The notes under the pieces are model-generated. The model searched no databases and was not told the DNA's origin. It saw only the letters and a list, made by a program, of their open reading frames with translations. A stretch of 64,000 bases of DNA. Source: Eledone cirrhosa. Lineage: Eukaryota. This document shows, piece by piece, positions 1-9,249 of the stretch. Numbering within the stretch: position 1 is the stretch's first letter; each line of letters opens with the position of its first letter. The stretch is taken from assembly GCA_964016885.1 (NCBI GenBank), contig OZ024740.1:11284001-11348000 (forward strand). The letters are read 5' to 3'. Both the position numbers and the translations under genes were made by a program.

Positions 1-230
1 CCTCTCCGAAAAAGCACAGCAACTCCTCCCCCCGATCCCGGACGGCTGGGAGATGCGTACACATCGTAGCCGCCGAAGATCGGTGCGAAAGCCTGTGCTT
101 CGGAGATTCTGGTCTCGCTGATGGCCACTACATCTATGTTTAGTGACCTGAGGTCGTTGAGCAGGTGGCCCTGCTTCCATGACGACCCCAAGCCACGCGC
201 ATTTATGCTGCCTATTCTGAGTGAGGTCAT
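1..230 (-). CDS. ORF2 N-terminus (APE endonuclease) of Tx1 copy A, partial
   Basis: Matches 5953-6182 by eye. ATG at 230-228, encoding MTSLRIGSINARG...VAISETR. Confidence 0.88.
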   Translation of the reverse strand, partial: MTSLRIGSINARGLGSSWKQGHLLNDLRSLNIDVVAISETRISEAQAFAPIFGGYDVYASPSRPGSGGGVAVLFRR

Positions 231-264
231 GTTGAAAAGGAGTGGAAAAGATGGGAAAGACCAC

Positions 265-2252
265 TTACCTTACTTCTCGTAGGGGAAGGACGGTTTTTCC
301 ATCCTTTTCACTGCTTGTGGCCTCCTCAGGAAGGATGTCCTTATAAATCCTCCTGGAGAGTGCTTGTCGGAAGTCTCCGATGTCTTTGGGGAATTTTTGT
401 TTTAGTGTCATGTACGTTTTCTGTGTGATGCGAGTGATTTGTATGTGTGGAGGTGGTGTGAATTTTGGGGTTGTTGTGTAGTCTTTTTCTGTGATGCTGG
501 TGTTGTGTTGGATGTAGTGCAATAATTGCTTGTTGTTCAAATTTAATGCTGTGTAGTGTGTATCGTTTTGGTTGTTTTGTTTTGTTTGCGTTTGTTGTGG
601 GTTTGTTTCTGTTTCGCATTTTGGTGACTTTTGTGGTGTAGGTGATGGTGGTGTTGGAGTTAATGATGGTGATGGTGTTGGTGTTTGGGTTGATGGGGTT
701 GGTGATGCTGGTGTGGATGGTGGCATATCTGTCCTAACTTTTTTGTTTCTTAGTTTATTTGTTTCCCTCTGTATTTTGTTTTTGGAGGGGGAAGGAAGAG
801 AATTTTTTCTTTTTTGGTTTCTTTTTTTTTTCCGGATATCGTTTCCCACTCCTCGTCGTCACAATCTCTCTCTAGTTGTGATAGGCCGGGGAGTGGAAAA
901 TCCTCCACAGCCGTTAGTTTTGGTTGTGGTGTGGTGGATGGTGTAGGCGCTGGTGCTAGTTCTGAAGCGTTGGGTGGTGGTGGTGTTGGTTTTGCTGGTG
1001 GTGGTAGTGGTGTTGGTTTTGCTACTGTTGCTGGGGTTGTTGCTGTTATAGTTGCTTCTGTTGTTGCTGCTACAGTTGTTGCTGCCATCTCTGCTACTGG
1101 TGGTGTTGATGGTTGTGTCACTGGGGTGGGTAGGAGAGGTGGCCTCAACCTTTTAGCCTGAGGGCAGAAAGCCCTTAGGTGGGTTCCTTCACCACCAACG
1201 ACACACCTAGGTCTTCTGCCCTCGACAATTACCGTGAGGTGGCTGCCGTCAGTGAGGTCTATTACCTCTGGGATCTCCTCAATGATTTTTTGGTCCGCTT
1301 GGATCAGGAGCTCCATCCCAGATCCGGACCAGTTTTCCTGCTTTTCTTTTGCTATTGTTATTATTTTCGTGTTGGCCTCGATGCCAGCGATGACAGCCGC
1401 TATTAGCCAGGGAATTTCGATGGCCGGTGGAACGTGGGTCACCCTGATCTTTACGAGTCTCTGGCCACAATAGCTTGGGACGAGTGTGAAGTCGTCACTT
1501 TTTAATGGGGCCATGGAGTGTTCTCTAGCCTCCTCTGGTGTTTCAAAGAACACATCCACGGTTCCATACTTTTGCCCACGTCTGATGTGGGTTTTTCTTG
1601 CCCACACATGTCTCAAAGCTTTTTGGATTTGGGACTCGGATGCCCGTTCCACTCGGCGCGATTTTACATTTTTTGTTCTATACGACACGGTGCACTGGCG
1701 CCGATGCTCCATTTTATTAGGTGGGGGGGGGGTGAGACTGACCCTGTACCCATCTTTCTTTACCATTTGTTTGGCATTTTCTAAATCTTCTTGAGTTACC
1801 GTGAACGCTTCGAATTGTTTTGCTACGATGGCGAAACTGAGGGTCGGTTTTATAATGTCATTGTTGTTGTTGTTGCTATCGTTAGTATTAATTTTATTTT
1901 CAGTTGTGGTGGTGGTGACGTCAGTCGTCTTTGGTGGGGAAGAGTCCATTTTGCTTGATTTCATTTCGACGTCACGAGTTAATTTATTTTTTTCTTCTTT
2001 TGTTTCTGTTGTCGCGGTGGTGGTGGTGGTGGTGGTTGTCGCGGTGGTGGTGGTGGTGGAGGGTTTAACACCTGCAGTCATTGGTAATGGCGGGAAATGA
2101 ATGTCTGCCTGAGACAAATTTAAAATATTGCTACTGCTTATATTTTGTTTTGTGTTGGCAAACGTAGTAACATTTACAATGGTGGTGTCGGTGTGAGGTG
2201 TTATTTTGTGAGGAAGGCTTTCAGCTGCTTCGTGCAGAGGGGAATTAGCCAT
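265..2252 (-). pseudogene. ORF1 (gag-like, zinc knuckle, Pro/Thr-rich) of Tx1 copy A, frameshifted
   Basis: ORFs 750..2306 and 265..849 join across the T-run at 822-831 (T10 here, T11 in copy B). Knuckle mutated to CVVGGEGTHLRAFC. Probable ATG (MANSPLH) at 2252. Confidence 0.82.
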
Positions 2253-2462
2253 TTTTTTTTCAAAGAAAATTTTGGATAATAATAAAAGTTTAAATTTTGG
2301 GCACAAGGCCCCAATCTTTTTGGGTGTCCTTTTCGGAAAACAATGTATGTGTGCTTATAAACAGTTTACAATAAAATTTTCCATAAATGGCAATTTTTAA
2401 ACAAACGGAAATAACAAACCTTTGTGGAGCTCACGATGATACGATTTACTACGTAGGTCGCC

Positions 2463-2519
<57 letters not shown>
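2463..2519. repeat. (AAT)n spacer between Tx1 copies A and B
   Basis: About 19 perfect AAT units joining the 5' end of copy A to the 3' end of copy B. Confidence 0.97.
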
Positions 2520-2520
<1 letters not shown>

Positions 2521-2762
2521 TTTTCTTTATTAACCACAAGGGTTCACATAAAGTAGACATTAAGGACAGTACAGGACAATACAGGACGGTACAAATGGGC
2601 ATTTCTGCGTGTAAAAAAACAGAGGTTGAAATAAAATAACAAAGAAAAATTCCCCAATAGGGGGGAGACTTCCAAGGGACATTTGTGGAGAAAGCCCATT
2701 AAAAGACCACAGTGGCCCTGACCACCAGGGCAAGTGCCCTCTCCCAGTTTTCCACCTTTAAT

Positions 2763-5700
2763 TTACAGACACATACTCAGAGAAGTCCCATTCATTCGGG
2801 CCATACTTGCTTCTCTCACCCATCTTTCAACAAAATGCTGGGAAGAGAGCACTTCCCTCTCTACCCTGATTTTCCTTTTCAAATGAAATTTGAAAAAGTT
2901 AATCAGGGCATCACCGAAGAGGTAAGTGCTCGTCTTCAGCCCTTTCAAACGTGTCCACCATACTATCTCTTTCGCCATGGCCACCAGACAGATAAAAACT
3001 GCCTGCCCTTCCAGGCTAAAGGAAGGGCGTGGGGCAATCCTCACGATGGACTCAGCTGATAGCTGGATCCGTCCTACACGTGACAGCAGGTGTTCGACAT
3101 AAACCCACAAGTCAGCAATGCTCGGACACTGGACGAGTGCGTGCAGGACGGTTTCGTCGCCCTGCGCGCATCTCGGACATGACCGGCTGACGGCACCTCC
3201 ATGCCTGTAGAGTTTATCCCGAACTGGCAAAGCTCCTCGGTAGCACTGCCAGGCCAGGGATTTCTGGAAGTTGTCCATAGGCCCCGGCCCGAAAGTCCTT
3301 CCGAAGAGATTGGCTAGTTGATTTTCGTCGACGCCTAGAGTTTCTCCAAGTACGTCATCGCTCTTCCCCTCCACTAATCCCCTATAGAACGCCAAGGTGG
3401 AGTTTCCACCGATCACATTGCCCGATTGGTCGAGGGCTGTGAGCGCCTGAAGACATTCCAGTCTCCAAGCGCTCCCTCTCGGTCTTTGCTTGACCCAGGA
3501 CTGCAGCTCCGTCAAGGAGACGAGCTGGGGAAAAACGTGTCTTGCAAACGGCGACCACACCTGATCACCGTCGAGGAAGAGGTGGAGATGTCGTAGCCTG
3601 AGCGCGTGTCTGCGCATCATCAGCCACAGCATTCCCAGCCCTCCACGTAGCGGGTGTTGACAGCAGATGGACCGCCTGACCATCGGAGCGCGTCCCTTCC
3701 ACAAGAAGCGAAAGAGCAAACGCTCCAGCGCAGTCAGGCGGGGCTTAGGACAAGGTACGACGGTCAGGCGGTAGTAGATGACGGATGCGATGTACGCATT
3801 CGCCACCTCCGCTCGACCTTTTAGGGATAGCTTCCTCTCGGCCCATTTCTGGGTGAGAGAAGCCACCCTGCTCGTCACCTCGTCCCAGTTTTTGTCCGTC
3901 TGGAGGTCTGGACCGAACCAGACCCCTAGCAATTTAACCGGTCCGTCCGTCCAGCGCCCGACGACGCTGTTGGACGGCATGGACCTGCCTCTCCAGGTGC
4001 CGAGCTGCAGGCCCACTGACTTTTCCTGGTTGATCATTGCTCCTGTCACCGCTTCGTATTCTCTTAGTGTAGTGCCGATCGCCTCGATGTGTTTGGCGTT
4101 CGACACCACTACGGTGACATCGTCGGCATATGCTGACACGGATCTTCCGCATCCTAGTTCGCGCGGGACCCCCCTCAACGTCTCCAGTTTGTGCAGTAAT
4201 GGCTCGAGAGTCAATACGTACAATAGGGACGAGAGGGGACATCCTTGGCGGACCGAGCGCATGATGTTGAACGGTTCCGAAAGGTGACCGTTCACTCTCA
4301 CTACAGAGCAGATGTCGCTGTGCATGGCAGCGATCCAGCCTCTGAAGACGGGCCCAAAGCCAGCCGCCCTCAGGACTGCCGTTAGGTAACGATGGTCGAC
4401 CCTATCGAAGGCTTTCGACTGATCTAAATTGATCAAAGACCCACCCGTGCCAGGTTCCCTAGCTAGCCTCTCTACGATGTATCGCATGAGGTGGAGGTTG
4501 TCGTGGATGGATCTGTCGGGAATGGCGCATGTCTGTGCCTCTCCCACCAGACCACCAACGACAAGCGCCAACCTCTTTGCTAGCACCTTGGCCAAAATCT
4601 TGAACTCTGTGTTTAGCAGAGTTATGGGCCTAAAATTATCTATGTTATCCCCCTTGTTCGGATCCTTTCTCAGCAGCGCCACCGCTCCTCGGCTCACAGA
4701 GCTGGGAATTCTCCCGTTCTGTTGCCAGTTGCAGTAGACGTCCGCCAAGAGATCTCCGAACAAGTTTGGCATTTGTACGTAAAGTTCATAGGGCAGACCA
4801 TCCAAACCAGGCGATTTACCCCTTGTGCAACTAGTCATTGCATCCCGTACTTCAGCGGTTGTTATCGGCTTTTCGCAACACTCCGCCTCAGTGGCCGAAA
4901 GCCGCGGCAGTCCGTCGAGGTAGACACTAAAGTCCATCCCTCGATCCGGCCCGCCACTGCCCCCGAACAGTTGAGCGAAGTGTCGCTGAAAAGCTTCACA
5001 CATTTGCCCGGGATCGAGTAGCATGCGCCCGTCGTGGTCTACCAAAGACCGGATCGTGGCTTTGTTGCCACGACGCGCCTCCGCCACTCGGGCCCATTGA
5101 ACGGCTTTCGTCCCCTCGTGTCTGAGAGCACGCACCCTAGCTCTGACAACGCAGCCTTCGTGCTTTGCATTGAAGAATTGGTCAAGGGCCAATTTCGCCG
5201 CAAGTACGTCGGTCGCGATGCCTTTGCTAAGCGCCTCATCTAATTTTCTAACTAATTCTCCCTCTGCTCTATTTTTCTCTATTGCTAAAGTCTTACTAAA
5301 CCTAATGGACTCTATTCTAATTGCTCTTTTCAGAGCAAACCACCACTTGTTGTTGACGATGGCCCCCGTCAACGCCCGCTTAACTAGTTCGCTAATCCGG
5401 TCTCTGTAGGCCTTGCGCGCTGGTAAGGACGCGTTTAGCTTCCAGTAGCCGGGTCCTCGTCTATGAAGCCTATCTAAGTCAAGCACACAGATCACGAATT
5501 TGTGGTCCGTGTAGCTGACTATCTCGAATTGTGGACAGCCTATGCTAGACCTATCTATTTCCCTACAAAATACTCTATCTAGATATGATCTGGATGACCC
5601 TATGCGATTTGTCCAAGTCCACATTGGTACATTCGGGAAATCCATTCGGTACCTGTCAGACAGTTCAAAACGTCTGAGCAGGTTGGTGAGACTCTTGCAC

Positions 5701-6182
5701 CCTCCTTCCCTATCCACTAATCCCACACAATCCCAGCGTGCATCTAAGATCCCGTTCCAGTCGCCCACTAACACTAAAGAGCGGGACGTTCCAAGAAAGG
5801 TCTCCAGACGCCGGAAGAAATCAGGCCGCCCTGCTCCTGTCGGGGCATAGACGGCCACTAACCTGAAAGCTTGCCCGTCTCCGCTGGTCACGTCCAGCAC
5901 CACCAACTTACCTTCTGGGTCCAGGAAGATGGCCCGTATGGCAAGATCCAAACCTCTCCGAAAAAGCACAGCAACTCCTCCCCCCGATCCCGGACGGCTG
6001 GGAGATGCGTACACATCGTAGCCGCCGAAGATCGGTGCGAAAGCCTGTGCTTCGGAGATTCTGGTCTCGCTGATGGCCACTACATCTATGTTTAGTGACC
6101 TGAGGTCGTTGAGCAGGTGGCCCTGCTTCCATGACGACCCCAAGCCACGCGCATTTATGCTGCCTATTCTGAGTGAGGTCAT
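2763..6182 (-). CDS. Tx1-type ORF2: APE endonuclease + reverse transcriptase + C-terminal CCHC (zf-RVT-like), 1139 aa
   Basis: APE motifs SINARG, ISETR, VYAP, GDWN, YLDR, TDH. RT motifs KSPGLDG, RPITLLN, DQSKAFD, VRQGCPLS, YADD. C-terminal CPRC..ETVLHALVQC. Confidence 0.96.
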   Translation of the reverse strand: MTSLRIGSINARGLGSSWKQGHLLNDLRSLNIDVVAISETRISEAQAFAPIFGGYDVYASPSRPGSGGGVAVLFRRGLDLAIRAIFLDPEGKLVVLDVTSGDGQAFRLVAVYAPTGAGRPDFFRRLETFLGTSRSLVLVGDWNGILDARWDCVGLVDREGGCKSLTNLLRRFELSDRYRMDFPNVPMWTWTNRIGSSRSYLDRVFCREIDRSSIGCPQFEIVSYTDHKFVICVLDLDRLHRRGPGYWKLNASLPARKAYRDRISELVKRALTGAIVNNKWWFALKRAIRIESIRFSKTLAIEKNRAEGELVRKLDEALSKGIATDVLAAKLALDQFFNAKHEGCVVRARVRALRHEGTKAVQWARVAEARRGNKATIRSLVDHDGRMLLDPGQMCEAFQRHFAQLFGGSGGPDRGMDFSVYLDGLPRLSATEAECCEKPITTAEVRDAMTSCTRGKSPGLDGLPYELYVQMPNLFGDLLADVYCNWQQNGRIPSSVSRGAVALLRKDPNKGDNIDNFRPITLLNTEFKILAKVLAKRLALVVGGLVGEAQTCAIPDRSIHDNLHLMRYIVERLAREPGTGGSLINLDQSKAFDRVDHRYLTAVLRAAGFGPVFRGWIAAMHSDICSVVRVNGHLSEPFNIMRSVRQGCPLSSLLYVLTLEPLLHKLETLRGVPRELGCGRSVSAYADDVTVVVSNAKHIEAIGTTLREYEAVTGAMINQEKSVGLQLGTWRGRSMPSNSVVGRWTDGPVKLLGVWFGPDLQTDKNWDEVTSRVASLTQKWAERKLSLKGRAEVANAYIASVIYYRLTVVPCPKPRLTALERLLFRFLWKGRAPMVRRSICCQHPLRGGLGMLWLMMRRHALRLRHLHLFLDGDQVWSPFARHVFPQLVSLTELQSWVKQRPRGSAWRLECLQALTALDQSGNVIGGNSTLAFYRGLVEGKSDDVLGETLGVDENQLANLFGRTFGPGPMDNFQKSLAWQCYRGALPVRDKLYRHGGAVSRSCPRCAQGDETVLHALVQCPSIADLWVYVEHLLSRVGRIQLSAESIVRIAPRPSFSLEGQAVFICLVAMAKEIVWWTRLKGLKTSTYLFGDALINFFKFHLKRKIRVEREVLSSQHFVERWVREASMARMNGTSLSMCL

Positions 6183-6216
6183 GTTGAAAAGGAGTGGAAA
6201 AGATGGGAAAGACCAC

Positions 6217-8180
6217 TTACCTTACTTCTCGTAGGGGAAGGACGGTTTTTCCATCCTTTTCACTGCTTGTGGCCTCCTCAGGAAGGATGTCCTTATAAAT
6301 CCTCCTGGAGAGTGCTTGTCGGAAGTCTCCGATGTCTTTGGGGAATTTTTGTTTTAGTGTCATGTACGTTTTCTGTGTGATGCGAGTGATTTGTATGTGT
6401 GGAGGTGGTGTGAATTTTGGGGTTGTTGTGTAGTCTTTTTCTGTGATGCTGGTGTTGTGTTGGATGTAGTGCAATAATTGCTTGTTGTTCAAATTTAATG
6501 CTGTGTAGTGTGTATCGTTTTGGTTGTTTTGTTTTGTTTGCGTTCGTTGTGGGTTTGTGTCTGTTTCGCATTTTGGTGACTTTTGTGGTGTAGGTGATGG
6601 TGGTGTTGGAGTTAATGATGGTGATGGTGTTGGTGTTTGGGTTGATGGGGTTGGTGATGCTGGTGTGGATGGTGGCATATCTGTCCTAACTTTTTTGTTT
6701 CTTAGTTTATTTGTTTCCCTCTGTATTTTGTTTTTGGAGGGGGAAGGAAGAGAATTTTTTCTTTTTTGGTTTCTTTTTTTTTTTCCGGATATCGTTTCCC
6801 ACTCCTCGTCGTCACAATCTGTCTCCAGTTGTGATAGGCCGGGGAGTGGAAAATCCCCCACAGCCGTTAGTTTTGGTTGTGGTGTGGTGGATGGTGTAGG
6901 CGCTGGTGCTAGTTCTGAAGCGTTGGGTGGTGGTGGTGTTGGTTTTGCTGGTGGTGGTAGTGGTGTTGGTTTTGCTACTGTTGCTGGGGTTGTTGCTGTT
7001 ATAGTTGCTTCTGTTGTTGCTGCTACAGTTGTTGCTGGCATCTCTGCTACTGGTGGTGTTGATGGTTGTGTCACTGGGGTGGGTAGGAGAGGTGGTCTCA
7101 ACCTTTTAGCCTGAGGGCAGAAAGCCCTTAGGTGGGTTCCTTCACCACAAACGACACACCTAGGTCTTCTGCCCTCGACAATTACCGTGAGGTGGCTGCC
7201 GTCAGTGAGGTCTATTACCTCTGGGATCTCCTCAATGCTTTTTTGGTCCGCTTGGATCAGGAGCTCCATCCCAGATCCGGACCAGTTTTCCTGCTTTTCT
7301 TTTGCTATTGTTATTATTTTCGTGTTGGCCTCGATGCCGCCGATGACAGCCGCTATTAGCCAGGGAATTTCGATGGCCGGTGGAACGTGGGTCACCCTGA
7401 TCTTTACGAGTCTCTGGCCACAATAGCTTGGGACGAGTGTGAAGTCGTCACTTTTTAATGGGGCCATGGAGTGTTCTCTAGCCTCCTCTGGTGTTTCAAA
7501 GAACACATCCACGGTTCCATACTTTTGCCCACGTCTGATGTGGGTTTTTCTTGCCCACACATGTCCCAAAGCTTTTTGGATTTGGGACTCGGATGCCCGT
7601 TCCACTCGGCGCGATTTTACATTTATTGTTCTATACGACACGGTGCATAGGCGCCGATGCTCCATTTTATTAGGTGGGGGGGGGGGGTGAGGCTGACCCT
7701 GTACCCATCTTTCTTTACCATTTGTTTGGTATTTTCTAAATCTTCTTGAGTTACCGTGAACGCTTCGAATTGTTTTGCTACGATGGCGAAACTGAGGGTC
7801 GGTTTTATAATGTCATTGTTGTTGTTGTTGCTATCGTTAATATTAATTTTATTTTCAGTTGTGGTGGTGGTGACGTCAGTCGTCTTTGGTGGGGAAGAGT
7901 CCATTTTGCTTGATTTCATTTCGACGTCACGAGTTAATTTATTTTTTTCTTCTTTTGTTTCTGTTGTCGCGGTGGTGGTGGTGGTGGAGGGTTTAACACC
8001 TGCAGTCATTGGTAATGGCGGGAAATGAATGTCTGCCTGAGACAAATTTAAAATATTGCTACTGCTTATATTTTTTTTTGTGTTGGCAAACGTAGTAACA
8101 TTTACAATGGTGGTGTCGGTGTGAGGTGTTATTTTGTGAGGAAGGCTTTCAGCTGCTTCGTGCAGAGGGGAATTAGCCAT
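6217..8180 (-). pseudogene. ORF1 of Tx1 copy B with CX2CX4HX4C knuckle, frameshifted at a G-run
   Basis: ORFs 7623..8234 and 6217..7665 join across G12 at 7676-7687 (G10 in copy A). Intact knuckle CVVCGEGTHLRAFC. Probable ATG at 8180. Confidence 0.85.
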
Positions 8181-8389
8181 TTTTTTTTCAAAGAAATTTT
8201 TGGATAATAATAAAAGTTTAAATTTTGGGCACAAGGCCCCAATCTTTTTGGGTGTCCTTTTCGGAAAACAATGTATGTGCGCTTATAAACAGTTAACAAT
8301 AAAATTTTCCATAAATGACAATTTTTAACAAACGGAAATAACAAACCTTTGCGGAGCTCACGATGATACGATTTACTACGTAGGTCGCC

Positions 8390-8451
<62 letters not shown>
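8390..8451. repeat. (AAT)n spacer
   Basis: About 20 perfect units between the Tx1-B 5' end and the Dong 3' fragment. Confidence 0.97.
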
Positions 8452-8453
<2 letters not shown>

Positions 8454-8556
8454 TGTATGTTCTTTCTTGAACATGGCGGACCTTGTTGTCTCTTGAGGTC
8501 ACTGGTTGTGACTTGGTGATAACTCGTATGAACATAAAGCAAGATAAATGCAACTG
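8452..8556 (+). mobile_element. 105-bp 5'-truncated copy of the R4/Dong element 3' end
   Basis: Matches 12449-12553 with one mismatch (8510 G vs 12507 A). Followed by (TAA)n at 8557-8580. Confidence 0.92.
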
Positions 8557-8760
8557 TAATAATAATAATAATAATAATAAAAAAAACAACAAAAAGAAAA
8601 CCCCGTGACCAAGAAATACCGGGATGGCGGCCGGCGGGGAATAGCCGTGTCTTTAGGGGAGAACGACCCCTCTAGTCTTGGTTGACACTCGTTCTAGAAG
8701 TGGTAACACGAAATGATTACCCCTTGGCGGATAAGGATAAAACGCGACAAAATAAAGTAA

Positions 8761-9249
8761 ATGTCTAATGATAAAATCTCAAACCGGATCGGCCGTCACC
8801 CGGGTAAAAAAGGGCCGCGTCCCTCAGAGAGGAACCAGACTGGGGTCGAAAAATCAGCTAATGGTTCAAACCTTCCCATCACTTCGGAGCTGGAGACCTC
8901 CCATAACCGGAATACTCCTACTGTTGGCCCTCCATGCTCACCACCAAGAAATCCAAAGAAAAAGAGAGAAAAATGGTCAAGGGAAGATAATAAAGAAGTC
9001 CTTGAGGCTTTCTACACTGCCATGTACTACCCATCAAATACATCGAATACAGAACAGACATATATCAACTGGAAAAAGAAACATCCCGAAAACAGAGGCT
9101 ATATTGACAGCAACAAACTAGCCAATATACAAAGAAATATTGTAAGAAAAAAGTTACTAACTGATATAGAAATTGATCAGATCAAGCTATTAGCACAAAG
9201 TCAGCGAAGGGAAAATGAAACATGTGTCAGTGATCGAGGTAAATTGTAA
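8761..9249 (+). CDS. N-terminal part of the Dong-like ORF (basic, Myb-like region), separated from the rest by a frameshift
   Basis: KKREKWSREDNKEVLEAFY...W...KLANIQRNIVRKKLLTDIEI resembles R4/Dong N-termini. Overlaps the downstream ORF at 9215-9249 in the +1 frame. Confidence 0.7.
   Translation: MSNDKISNRIGRHPGKKGPRPSERNQTGVEKSANGSNLPITSELETSHNRNTPTVGPPCSPPRNPKKKREKWSREDNKEVLEAFYTAMYYPSNTSNTEQTYINWKKKHPENRGYIDSNKLANIQRNIVRKKLLTDIEIDQIKLLAQSQRRENETCVSDRGKL

Larger units (their letters stand above)
1..2462 (-). mobile_element. Tx1/L1-clade non-LTR retrotransposon, copy A (5' part; runs off the left edge)
   Basis: Near-identical to 5953-8389 (offset 5927-5955). Same 5' terminus GGCGACCTACGTAG abutting (ATT)n. 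Contains ORF1 and the start of ORF2. Confidence 0.93.
2520..8389 (-). mobile_element. Full-length Tx1/L1-clade non-LTR retrotransposon, copy B (~5.87 kb)
   Basis: 5'UTR, ORF1, 34-bp spacer, intact ORF2 and ~240-bp 3'UTR ending AATAAAGAAAAC-(ATT)n. Flanked on both sides by (AAT)n. Confidence 0.95.

Noticed and set aside
6900-7080. Tx1 ORF1 Pro/Thr region as the seed of the GTT satellite
   Set aside because: Only compositional similarity (GGT/GTT triplets). The diagnostic GGTAGTGAT monomer is absent.
572-8028. Antisense and alternative-frame ORFs overlapping Tx1 ORF1/ORF2
   Set aside because: Shadows of the real minus-strand ORFs, with no independent motifs.
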